Shown: positions 9,020 to 18,196, counted from the stretch's first letter. The stretch: DNA of 23,680 bases from an uncultured archaeon (GCA_964525635.1 CAZGJX010000069.1:1-23680), one strand, 5' to 3'. Translations and numbers: made by a program. Notes: generated by a model from the sequence alone, not told the origin.

Positions 9020-9484
9020 TTAAAATCCAATTTTTATTTTACCTAATAATTCTCTCATAGAATCTGTTAATTTATAATTTTTAAGTTGATCTATTGGTAC
9101 AAAACGAGCATCTAATGCATCATCATCAGGAATAGGTTTTTGATTAACATCACCATCTATTTGTTCTACATAATAATTAATTAATATATAATGATATTCA
9201 ATTAATCCATTTTCGTCATACATAATCTTATCAAGAATTCCTGCTAAATGGACTACTTTTACTTTAATCCCCGTTTCTTCCAATGTCTCCCGCTCTGCAG
9301 CATCCTTATTTTTTTCTCCAAGCTTTAAATGCCCTCCAGGGATACTCCAACACCCTGCATCAGGATTATATTTTCTCTTAATTAATAAAAGGTGGTTATC
9401 CCTAATCAATAAACCACCAACACCAATATGTGGAAATTTAGGATAATGTCTTAATTGGTAGCTTCCAAGTGTTTCTTTACTCAT
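9020..9484 (-). CDS. NUDIX hydrolase (ADP-ribose pyrophosphatase-like)
   Basis: Intact Nudix box G-HLKLG-E-KNKDAAE-RETLEETGI, with WSIPGG and DDALDARFV. Confidence 0.9.
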   Translation of the reverse strand: MSKETLGSYQLRHYPKFPHIGVGGLLIRDNHLLLIKRKYNPDAGCWSIPGGHLKLGEKNKDAAERETLEETGIKVKVVHLAGILDKIMYDENGLIEYHYILINYYVEQIDGDVNQKPIPDDDALDARFVPIDQLKNYKLTDSMRELLGKIKIGF

Positions 9485-9720
9485 CTTTTTGAAATAAAAA
9501 TGTTATTAGAATTTATTTTAATAATTAGATAATATAATTAAGAAACACCATTATTTTTTTCTTTTTTTAGTATTCTAAATTATGATTATATGAGTTAAAA
9601 ACAAAATTATAAATTACATTTATTAAAATGATAATTTTTTAATACAATATTTTTATTGATTATTTAGAATTGAAGAAATAAATCTAAAGAAAATTATTCA
9701 AATAAAAACTTCTGATTTAG

Positions 9721-10875
9721 ATGGAAAAACAAGATCTTATACATTTTATTATTGATAATGTTTCTGTATTTAATTTGAATTTACCTAATGAAGTAAAGGA
9801 ATATCAGAAATTTGAAGCACATTTAGAATCCTTCGATGAGAATATGCTTAAGATAGTTGCAGGATTTAATGAGAATTTATTAGCGCTTTTTTTAAAATCC
9901 TCTTTATCCAAGAACAAAGAAGATTTGCTTGTTGAACTTCAAAAAATGGAGAAAATATCACATCTTATAGGGCCAACAGGTAATTTAACTTATTTAATGC
10001 CAGAACAAATAGATAAGATTCTAGAAGAATTGGATAATTTTAAATTGGAAGACATAAATGAAGAAAAATTAAGTTTGATTGCTGATGAACATTTAGAAAA
10101 GGAATTTGGCAGCGACAATGGTAATTATACTAAAAATCAAGCCTTTGAAAACCAACTTTATTCAGCTCAGTTTTTTCTTTCTCAAATAGGATATAATGCA
10201 AGAGAAATAAAAGAAAAGTTAGATGATGTAAGGAATAATCCCTCAAAATTAAATGAACTATTTAATTTACCCCCAAAAGAAATATATAACCTACCCCCAG
10301 AAATTCAGCACTCTAATTCAACTGACACTCAAGATATTGGAGAGGAAGATGGTTCAGAGGAGGATCAAGGAATAATAGAACAACATATCCAATCAATTCA
10401 ACACGAAATCAGCAATGAAAGAGCACAAAAAGTAGAAGAAATACTAGGTCAAATTAAACTTCATGTTAAAGAAAAAATGGCTCCTAATTATGAAAGAGTA
10501 TATAAACAATTACACCCAGATAGACTTCAACGAGCACTGAAATTCTTAAAAGAAACAAAAAGAAAAGATAATCGAATGGATAGTTATTTAGAATGGTTTT
10601 TTTGTAGTCATTTATTAGAAAATATTGAATTAAAAGTAGAACATTGGCAGGTTTCATCACAAGCATCACATGGACATGCAGGTGTTTATACAGCAGGGGT
10701 TTCATTTTCTCGCTATGATAATATAATAAAAGGATTCTCTGATTCAAAAATAGCTAAAGTTGTTAAAATAGCCAGAAGAATTTTACAACATCCATCAAAA
10801 AAGAAAATACAAAAACTTGGACAAGATCTAATAGCTGAAACTGGCTTTGATGAGCACTTATATTTTACAAACTGA
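9721..10875 (+). CDS. Hypothetical 384-aa protein (acidic helical N-half, acidic linker, basic C-half)
   Basis: Long uninterrupted ORF with protein-like composition. No family recognised. Confidence 0.8.
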   Translation: MEKQDLIHFIIDNVSVFNLNLPNEVKEYQKFEAHLESFDENMLKIVAGFNENLLALFLKSSLSKNKEDLLVELQKMEKISHLIGPTGNLTYLMPEQIDKILEELDNFKLEDINEEKLSLIADEHLEKEFGSDNGNYTKNQAFENQLYSAQFFLSQIGYNAREIKEKLDDVRNNPSKLNELFNLPPKEIYNLPPEIQHSNSTDTQDIGEEDGSEEDQGIIEQHIQSIQHEISNERAQKVEEILGQIKLHVKEKMAPNYERVYKQLHPDRLQRALKFLKETKRKDNRMDSYLEWFFCSHLLENIELKVEHWQVSSQASHGHAGVYTAGVSFSRYDNIIKGFSDSKIAKVVKIARRILQHPSKKKIQKLGQDLIAETGFDEHLYFTN

Positions 10876-10949
10876 TCTTGAAGCAAATTAAAAATTATTA
10901 ATTCAATCAATAATAATATTCAAAATAAGTAATAATATTTCAATTAAAT

Positions 10950-12215
10950 CTAAAATTTTAAAAAAGCTTTTAGAAATTTAGGTCCTAATGTAATTTTTGA
11001 AATAGCAGGTAATTTTTTAAACAATTGTTCTCCTGCCCATTTATCCCTATTGATATCATAATTAATAATATCTTGGAGTCTATATGCTTCCCAAATTTCC
11101 TTTCTTAATCTTTTATTTTCATTAATTAATTCTGTGTAATTATTCCAAATAAGCTTCATTATAGAGGATTTAGGATTATAGAACATATATTCACAGGCTA
11201 AACCATTTTTGTAATATTTATCAAGTAGAATTCGATTAAGTTCTTTATCATAGTTATTTAGATCTGTTTTTGAGAAATCATTCTCATTTTGAAACATTGG
11301 TTTAAGTACTTTAAAAGCAATATCTGCTGAAATAAGTCCACCAAGAAATCCTTCATAAAAGAAAGCAGTAACTAAACCAGCAGCTTCCCCAAGGACTAGA
11401 ACTCTTCTCTGAGAATATTTTTCTATTGGATGTTTTGAAACTTTAACTTTAATAAATAAATCTTTTTTCCATTTTAATTTTTTAATATAGGATTGTATTG
11501 GTTTATAATTCTGTAAAATTCTTTCTAATTTATCCCTCAATTCATTTTCAGGCTCATTAGGACCACCTAGAAATCCAGTATATACTCTCCCTTTACCTAT
11601 ATTAAAGAAGAATGGTCCATAATTACTAATTCTTGGATTTAAATGGAAAAGATAACTAAAATCAAGATGATCTCTAATTATATCTTCTGATCCATATAGA
11701 TGAGTATAGATTCCATTACAGGAATCAGGGACACTAAATCCAAGGTGTTTTTGTAATTCAAAACTCCCTGAACCTGTTGCGAGAATTAATAATTTAGAAA
11801 TATATGTTATATTTTTATTAGTAATGACTTCAACTTTATTTGAAGTTATATTGATTTTTTTTACTTTTTCACCTAATTTTATAATTCCTCCTATATATTC
11901 AAAATTCTTTAATAATTTCTCAAATAAATTTTCTGTATGAACTACTTTTCCTAGAGGTTCTCCAAATTCTTCTGAATTTATTATACCGTCTATATCATAT
12001 CCCATATAATTTGTTTTTATATGATTATAAGGAAAAATATCATTATCCTCAATATTAACATCTTCTAAATATGATCTATTGTGTTCTGGAAAGATATTAG
12101 TTCTTATATTAAAATTATTATTGGCCTCAATTAATAGGGTTTTTGCATATTTTGATATTTTGTTTGCAAAACTTAAACCAGCTATTCCAGCCCCTATAAT
12201 AATAATATCATACAT
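10950..12215 (-). CDS. FAD-dependent oxidoreductase, divergent geranylgeranyl reductase family
   Basis: N-terminal DIIIIGAGIAG Rossmann motif, LILATGS, and VLVLGEAAG in place of the usual GDAAG. Confidence 0.8.
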   Translation of the reverse strand: MYDIIIIGAGIAGLSFANKISKYAKTLLIEANNNFNIRTNIFPEHNRSYLEDVNIEDNDIFPYNHIKTNYMGYDIDGIINSEEFGEPLGKVVHTENLFEKLLKNFEYIGGIIKLGEKVKKINITSNKVEVITNKNITYISKLLILATGSGSFELQKHLGFSVPDSCNGIYTHLYGSEDIIRDHLDFSYLFHLNPRISNYGPFFFNIGKGRVYTGFLGGPNEPENELRDKLERILQNYKPIQSYIKKLKWKKDLFIKVKVSKHPIEKYSQRRVLVLGEAAGLVTAFFYEGFLGGLISADIAFKVLKPMFQNENDFSKTDLNNYDKELNRILLDKYYKNGLACEYMFYNPKSSIMKLIWNNYTELINENKRLRKEIWEAYRLQDIINYDINRDKWAGEQLFKKLPAISKITLGPKFLKAFLKF

Positions 12216-12255
12216 TAATATACATTAACTGAGAGAATATTAAAAGATTATTTCT

Positions 12256-13008
12256 TTAAAATAAATTTATTACTGCTTTTGTTATTTTATTTAGATTCAT
12301 CTCTGCCATTCCTAAAGGAACACTATTTTCAAATAATAAAACAATTAAAAAGTTGTCTCTTTTCCAAGGTATTTTCACAAGCTTAGAAAATACTTTTTGT
12401 CCATTCTCTAAACTATAAAAAAGTTCTGGAAGTTCGACAGTTCCAACTTTAAATCGTATTTCTAGTTCTTTAAGGGATCTTGCTAAAATTTCATCAGGAA
12501 GCATTGAATATACTACATTTCCATCCGTAGATAAAACAGCAGCGCCAATAATTTCATTTTTTGAAATCATATTTCTGAATAATTTTATTATTTTCCCATA
12601 AAATATCTCATTTTCAAATTGATCATCTCTTCCAGTAATATATTGGTCAACATCTTTATCAAATTTTATATCCTCAATCTCTTGATAATCTATGATAGAT
12701 TCCGTATCAGGAAACTTCTCAAAAAATAAATCGGATATTCTTTCTAACCTAGTATCAGCAAATAATATACTAACATTTGAGTCTGATAAAATAACAAATA
12801 TAAAATTGTCTTTTATTTTAAAAAGAAATCTTAATCCTCCCATTTCTAACACTTCTATTTTCCTAGAAATTATAGTTTCAGCAAAACTAAAAATAGCAGA
12901 GAAAAAAGGAGTAATTAAATTAACGTCATATTGAATTTGATTTGTAAAATTCCTACTATAAATACAGGCACCACTATTTTTTAAAATAAAAAGAGAATGT
13001 ATCTTCAT
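12256..13008 (-). CDS. Longin domain + roadblock-like domain fusion
   Basis: N-terminal IHSLFILKNSGACIYSRNF...FFSAIFSFA...FIFVILSD fits a longin/sigma-adaptin-like pattern. C-terminal IIGAAVLSTDGNVVYS...LIVLLFENSVPLGMA fits a roadblock pattern. Confidence 0.72.
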   Translation of the reverse strand: MKIHSLFILKNSGACIYSRNFTNQIQYDVNLITPFFSAIFSFAETIISRKIEVLEMGGLRFLFKIKDNFIFVILSDSNVSILFADTRLERISDLFFEKFPDTESIIDYQEIEDIKFDKDVDQYITGRDDQFENEIFYGKIIKLFRNMISKNEIIGAAVLSTDGNVVYSMLPDEILARSLKELEIRFKVGTVELPELFYSLENGQKVFSKLVKIPWKRDNFLIVLLFENSVPLGMAEMNLNKITKAVINLF

Positions 13009-13154
13009 ATTGTTAAAATTAAGTCCTTATTTAGGAATAATTAAAAATTTTATACTTTTAAGTATTATTAGGAAGAAGGATTTAAATAGTTAAATAATAT
13101 CTGGTATCCTTTTTTTTTAAAAATAATTAAGAAAAAAAAAAGAGTTGGTTTTTT

Positions 13155-13685
13155 TTAATTATAAGTCATTATTAAAAGTGAACAATCCTCTATTCTATTA
13201 CCAATGAGGTATCCTGTACTTATTCCCGTAGAAGCTGCAATTGTAATGTTATATGATCCTGTAGTTAAAGAATCGATAGAATATTGAAGTGTAAGTGAAT
13301 GTCTTATAACACCCCCTCCAGATCTTTGATCAGCTACTTGTGTCCAAGAGGCGGATATAGCCACACCATTATTATATATTACTACTTGAAGTGATTCATA
13401 TGAGCCAGAATCTCTTAATACCGCTTGTGAATCAAATAAAATATATATATTTTGACCAGTTTCTACATTCATGATTATGTGTAAATCAGGTATTGCATGA
13501 TAAGTAGCATTAGGATAATAATAATCACGATTTTCATTATACCATACATTATCTAATGAAGTAGCTTCTGAGCTCGGGATTATAAATTCTTTAATATATT
13601 GATACCCAGCAAGAGCAATTCCTACAATAGCTAAAAGAATCGCAAGAATAGTTAGTCCTTTGCCATTTCCCAAATATCTCACCAT
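13155..13685 (-). CDS. Membrane-anchored hypothetical protein with a beta-rich extracellular domain
   Basis: N-terminal hydrophobic helix LTILAILLAIVGIALAGY followed by beta-strand-like segments such as GSYNITI. Confidence 0.75.
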   Translation of the reverse strand: MVRYLGNGKGLTILAILLAIVGIALAGYQYIKEFIIPSSEATSLDNVWYNENRDYYYPNATYHAIPDLHIIMNVETGQNIYILFDSQAVLRDSGSYESLQVVIYNNGVAISASWTQVADQRSGGGVIRHSLTLQYSIDSLTTGSYNITIAASTGISTGYLIGNRIEDCSLLIMTYN

Positions 13686-13939
13686 TAATATTGTTTTTTT
13701 AAGATAATGATTTTGAATTATATAATGGTTTTCCTATAAATATTTTACATTTTTTTTCTATATTTTTTATTACATTATGAATCTAAAAAAAATATAAATG
13801 AATGAGAGTGTTTAAAACGAAAAAAAAATTGAAATATATTAATTTAATAGATAGATTATTCGAGTTATAATGAAAATCTTCTCAGACTTCATTACAAATG
13901 AATAAAAATAGTTAAAAAAATAATTTTAAAAAAAATATT

Positions 13940-14206
13940 TTATGTACTCTCTAAAATGAACAACAAGTTATCATGAGGAATGAAAAATTTTTCTTCTCTT
14001 TTTATTATTACTGTATGAAAGTATTCTGCTAAACCAAGAAATCCACGAATAACACTTTCGTCTTCTTCAAATTTAAAGATAACATGAGCAATTCCTTTAC
14101 CAGCATTTATTTGAACCTTATCGTAAACTCTTTCATCTATTAGAGGAATTTTTAATTCATTAATAAGTTCAAAAACCCGTTTTACAAAGAGTTCATTTTT
14201 TCCTAT
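13940..14206 (-). CDS. Hypothetical 88-aa protein missed by the ORF track; apparent ATA start
   Basis: Open frame (I/M)GKNELFVKRVFELINELKIPLIDERVYDKVQINAGKGIAHVIFKFEEDESVIRGFLGLAEYFHTVIIKREEKFFIPHDNLLFILEST*. AGGTG SD at 14215..14219, 8 nt before ATA 14204..14206. An in-frame TAG lies two codons upstream. Confidence 0.72.
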   Translation of the reverse strand: MGKNELFVKRVFELINELKIPLIDERVYDKVQINAGKGIAHVIFKFEEDESVIRGFLGLAEYFHTVIIKREEKFFIPHDNLLFILEST

Positions 14207-14359
14207 GGTCTACACACCTTTTTTATAGTTATGAAATATAATAATTTAATAAACTTTATATTTTATAATAATTACGCTTTTTTCTATATTAATTTTTATA
14301 ATTTCTTTTAAGTTATATAATAGTTTTTGAGAAATATATAATTTTTAAATCTGGAAAAA

Positions 14360-14932
14360 TCATTTTATTTTTTTAAGACACCAACTAATATTTCTTCCTA
14401 AAGTTCTAAATGTTTCCAAACCCTCATCATCATTCAATATTTCTCCAGATTCTCTTCCAATTCCTAAATTCCAATAACTTGAGCCTATAACAATCATTTC
14501 AGCAATCAAAAAAAAATAATTCAATGAGGAAAAAACATGGATACCCCCCCCACGCCTTACAGCAACTACAGCGGCTCCTATTTTACGTTTTAATAAATTA
14601 CCATTCGCCCTACTCACAAATCCTGCTCTTTCGATTAAAGCTTTCATATTAGAAGTTACATCTGCAAAATATGTTGGTGAACCTAGAATTATCCCATCAG
14701 CTGTAATCATTTTTTCAATATATTCATTCATTTTATCATTAGAAAAGATACATTTTACATCCATGTTTTTTTTACACGTTCCACATGCTTTACAACCCTG
14801 CAAATTATCTCCTCCAATCCAAACATATTCACATTTAATTCCCTCTTTTATTAACTCTTCCATAACTAAATTTAAACAATGATATGTATTTCCTTCTTTT
14901 CGAGGACTCCCATTAAATAAAACAACTTTCAT
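14360..14932 (-). CDS. Iron-sulfur flavoprotein (Isf/flavodoxin-like, NADPH-dependent FMN reductase family)
   Basis: NGSPRKEGNT, the compact Cys motif CKACGTCKKNMDVKC (CX2CX2CX7C), GIILGSPTYF and RRGGG. Confidence 0.9.
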   Translation of the reverse strand: MKVVLFNGSPRKEGNTYHCLNLVMEELIKEGIKCEYVWIGGDNLQGCKACGTCKKNMDVKCIFSNDKMNEYIEKMITADGIILGSPTYFADVTSNMKALIERAGFVSRANGNLLKRKIGAAVVAVRRGGGIHVFSSLNYFFLIAEMIVIGSSYWNLGIGRESGEILNDDEGLETFRTLGRNISWCLKKIK

Positions 14933-15025
14933 TATATTTCAACTTAATAAGGTTAAATAACTAAATAAAAATGATTATATTTTGATTAAATTTACATATA
15001 TTAAAGAAGTTTTCTTGAATCTATA

Positions 15026-16276
15026 ATGACTATAAATAGAAAAACTCCCGAATTATTGGTTCCAGTTCAAGACTGGAAATCCTTGAAGTTTATTAAAAAT
15101 ATTGCTGATGCTATTTATTTTGGTATAGATAAATACAATATGAGGTTAAAAGCAGAAAATTTTAAATATAATGATCTTCATAAATTAGTAGAATATTGCC
15201 ATAGTCAAGATCCAATAATAAAGACATACCTATGTACAAATATTTTAATTTATAATTCAGAATTGAAAGATTTAGAAAATTTAATTAGGGAGGCAAAAGA
15301 CGCTGATATTGATGCTGTAATTGCTCATGACATTGCTGCTATAAATTTGGCAAAAAGATATAATTTAGATTTTCATGTATCAACTCAAGCAAATATATCC
15401 AATATTGAAAGTGCTAAATTCTATGAAAATTTGGGCGCCAAAAGAATTGTGCTTGCACGAGAATTATCTTTAAAGCAAATTAAAAGAATTAAAAAATGCT
15501 TAAAAAAGAGTAAAGTTGAATGTTTTATCCATGGATCGATGTGCACATCTATAAGTGGAAGATGTTATCTCTCAGCAACTATATGTGATTCTATAGAATA
15601 TTCTGCAAATAGAGGTAAATGTGTACAACCTTGTCGTAGAGAATGGACAATGATTGATGATGAGAATCATGAGATCCTATATGATGGAAAATTATTCCTA
15701 AATGCAAAAGACTTATGTATGATTGAATATATCCCCGAATTGATAGATGCAAATATTGATGCATTTAAAATTGAAGGTCGTATGAAAAGTCCTTTATATG
15801 TAAAAACAGTTGCTAAATGTTATAAAGAAGCAATTGATAGCTATTTTGATGGAATATATACAAAACAAAAAGTTGAAAAATGGATAAAAAGACTATCGAT
15901 TGTTTATAATAGAGGTTTTCATACAGGTTTTTATTTTAGAAAACCAACTATTGAAGAAATCGAACTAAATAAAAGAGGTAATATTTCTCCTTATAAAAAA
16001 CAATATATTGGTAAGGTTTTATCTTATAATGAAAACACTAAGAAGACCTGTATTTTAATCGAAAATACGAACATACTTATTGAAGAGGGTAATACTCTTA
16101 TTATAATTGGAAAAGACACCTATTCTACCGATATTATTAAAGAAATCTCAATCAATAAGAACAATATTCACTCTATAATAAGAAAAAAAGAAGATAGACC
16201 AATCGAAGTGAATATACTTTTAAAAAAAAAAGTAAAAATTAATGATAGAATATATAAAGGTCTTAATATAGATTGA
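15026..16276 (+). CDS. Peptidase U32 family Fe-S protein (TrhP/RlhA/UbiU-like hydroxylation factor)
   Basis: Motifs ADAIYFG, HVSTQAN, RIVLARELSL, ECFIHGSMCTSISGRC, NRGKCVQPCR, KDLCMI and FKIEGRMKS. Confidence 0.92.
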   Translation: MTINRKTPELLVPVQDWKSLKFIKNIADAIYFGIDKYNMRLKAENFKYNDLHKLVEYCHSQDPIIKTYLCTNILIYNSELKDLENLIREAKDADIDAVIAHDIAAINLAKRYNLDFHVSTQANISNIESAKFYENLGAKRIVLARELSLKQIKRIKKCLKKSKVECFIHGSMCTSISGRCYLSATICDSIEYSANRGKCVQPCRREWTMIDDENHEILYDGKLFLNAKDLCMIEYIPELIDANIDAFKIEGRMKSPLYVKTVAKCYKEAIDSYFDGIYTKQKVEKWIKRLSIVYNRGFHTGFYFRKPTIEEIELNKRGNISPYKKQYIGKVLSYNENTKKTCILIENTNILIEEGNTLIIIGKDTYSTDIIKEISINKNNIHSIIRKKEDRPIEVNILLKKKVKINDRIYKGLNID

Positions 16277-16634
16277 TTTATAGATTAAGGTTATTTTATT
16301 CTTCCTTTTTTTAATATAATATTTGAAATCTCAAATTCTAGGTTATTCAAAATAGAAGATTTTTTATATTTTAATGATCTGATAAAAATATAATAATCAA
16401 GAATTATAACTATTATTTCAAATATTGGAAAGATTAAAGTCCATAATATTATCAAAACTTCAATTTACTTTATTTCTTCAATTAATCAAATAGGTTTTTA
16501 TTTTGCTATAAATCGATAAATTCATTAATTTTTAAAAAAAAATAAATCTAAATATCTTAATTATAACGATCATTGTAAAAATAGAGTAATATATTGATTT
16601 TAAATAACTCTTGACAAATGGATTATATTAAATT

Positions 16635-17315
16635 ATGAATTATAAAGAAAAGCGTAAAAAATTAGTTGAAAGTCTTATAGAAAGAAAAATCCTAACTGAT
16701 CAGAGAGTTATAGATGCTATGTTAAGAGTTCCAAGAGAAGAATTTCTCCCAGAAAAAGCTAGACCTTCAGCATATATAGATTCACCATTATCTATTGGTT
16801 CAGATCAGACAATCAGCGCACCTCATATGAATGCAATGATGTGTGAAATACTTGAATTAGAAGAGGGTGATAAAATTTTAGAAGTAGGAACGGGATCTGG
16901 ATATCATGCAGCATTATGTGCTGAAATCATAAGCACTAAAAAAAATAAAAATCCAGGTCATATATATTCAATTGAGAGATATAAAGAATTAGCTGATAGG
17001 GCTCGAGAAAATATAAAAAAAACAGGTTATAATGAGAGGGTTACTGTTATCTTTGGTGATGGTACTTTAGGATATCCCGAGGAAGCTCCATATGATAAAA
17101 TCTTAGTAACCGCAGCATCTCCCAATAAAATTCCACCTCCCTTAAAAAATCAATTAAAAATAGGGGGAATTTTATGTATTCCAGCAGGAACCAAAAATTA
17201 TATACAAAATCTTTATAAAATCCGAAAATTGGAAGGTGAATTTAAAACAAAAACTATTACAAGTGTGAGATTTGTTCCCTTAATCGGACACTATGGATTT
17301 TCTAATGATGAATAA
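16635..17315 (+). CDS. pcm: Protein-L-isoaspartate O-methyltransferase
   Basis: Motifs VPREEF, AYIDSPL, QTISAPHM, ILEVGTGSGYHAA, GDGTLG, APYDKILVTAA and VRFVPL. Confidence 0.95.
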   Translation: MNYKEKRKKLVESLIERKILTDQRVIDAMLRVPREEFLPEKARPSAYIDSPLSIGSDQTISAPHMNAMMCEILELEEGDKILEVGTGSGYHAALCAEIISTKKNKNPGHIYSIERYKELADRARENIKKTGYNERVTVIFGDGTLGYPEEAPYDKILVTAASPNKIPPPLKNQLKIGGILCIPAGTKNYIQNLYKIRKLEGEFKTKTITSVRFVPLIGHYGFSNDE

Positions 17316-17364
17316 ATTTCCTTAAGAACTAAATAAAAAATAATAATTTAAAATTAAAATGAAT

Positions 17365-17847
17365 TTACAAGTTTTTACTTATATTTTCTTTTTTTATAGA
17401 TAATTTTTCCAAACTATCTAATTCTCTTAATAATTCATTCCTTTTGTTTAGTGCTTGAATATATATAAATCCTAACATTAATAGAATTAATATATCGGCA
17501 ATAGAAGAAACTATAAAATTTAAGGCAGAAAATCTGATATCAGATGCGAGAGATAAAAATAAAAATAAGAATATAAGAATAAACCAACTTATTAATCCTA
17601 GAGGTCTAAATGAAAAAAATCTTCTATATTGATATTCTAGAATATATCTTCTCGGATTTTCAGGATTTTACTTTAACCTTATAAATAATTTTAATATTTT
17701 ACATGCACCTTTTTTCATTTTTAATATATAGAGTAAGTCTTCATTATAAGATAAAACAATATTCTCTTTTCTAGCTATAAATCTAGTTATAATTTCATCA
17801 ACTTTTTGATAAATAGGGTTTATATTTAAATCATCAGAGTAATGGAT
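17365..17847 (-). pseudogene. Interrupted membrane-protein ORF (about 160 codons, two predicted TM helices) with an internal TAA
   Basis: One frame reads IHYSDDLNINPIYQKVDEII...KLFIRLK*NPENPRRY...LGLISWFILIFLFLFLSL...IADILILLMLGFIYIQ...SKNL*. Internal TAA at 17668..17670. No ATG/GTG/TTG at the 5' end, but GAGATGA lies 6 nt before an ATC. Confidence 0.5.
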
Positions 17848-18009
17848 ATCAAATCATCTCTTTTATTAAATTATAATTGGTTATTATGTCTATTTTAAAA
17901 TATTTAAATCTTCTATAGATTGATTATTATCTATGCAATATTTTAATTATCCTTTTTTTATCAAAAAAGATTTAATTATTATTGGAATAAAGAATGAGTT
18001 ATTGACTCT

Positions 18010-18153
18010 CTATATATTATCTTTAAATTTCTTTTCAATCAATTTATCACGTATATTTTTGAGGATCTTATTTCTATCAAGGTTTTCTCGATATGATATA
18101 CTATTATTAAAAGACCATGAGGAGCGTTCTCGAAAGTGTCGGTAGTCTCTCAT
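18010..18153 (-). CDS. Small basic 47-aa protein, below the track cutoff
   Basis: MRDYRHFRERSSWSFNNSISYRENLDRNKILKNIRDKLIEKKFKDNI*. It accounts for a local GC-rich patch, and a BRE/TATA-like element lies about 30 nt upstream. Confidence 0.5.
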   Translation of the reverse strand: MRDYRHFRERSSWSFNNSISYRENLDRNKILKNIRDKLIEKKFKDNI

Positions 18154-18182
18154 AAGTAATTGTCAATTCAAAATTTATACTA

Positions 18183-18196
18183 TATATTAACTTTCG
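18183..18196 (-). promoter_or_regulatory. Candidate archaeal BRE + TATA promoter for the 47-aa ORF
   Basis: The minus strand reads CGAAAG-TTAATATA, 29 nt before the ATG at 18153. Confidence 0.4.

Noticed and set aside
2091-12215. Genome-wide TAG reassignment
   Set aside because: At least five genes, including ThiC and the CTERM protein, end at TAG at natural-looking C-termini.
2667-12934. Short track ORFs 2667..2894, 4202..4525, 4446..4676, 5609..5803, 6760..7092, 8457..8804, 10484..10747, 10713..10910 and 12692..12934
   Set aside because: All overlap well-supported genes on the opposite strand and show no recognisable motifs.
16291-16464. 57-codon hydrophobic minus-strand frame (IEVLIILWTLIFP…)
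   Set aside because: Short, bounded by stops and without an SD. It is possibly an eroded membrane-gene fragment but cannot be supported.
18110-18160. GC-rich patch resembling a hammerhead (TGAGGA…GAAA) or SECIS
   Set aside because: The core lacks the C of CUGANGA and has no stem III/UH site or SECIS-length helix. It is better explained as coding sequence.
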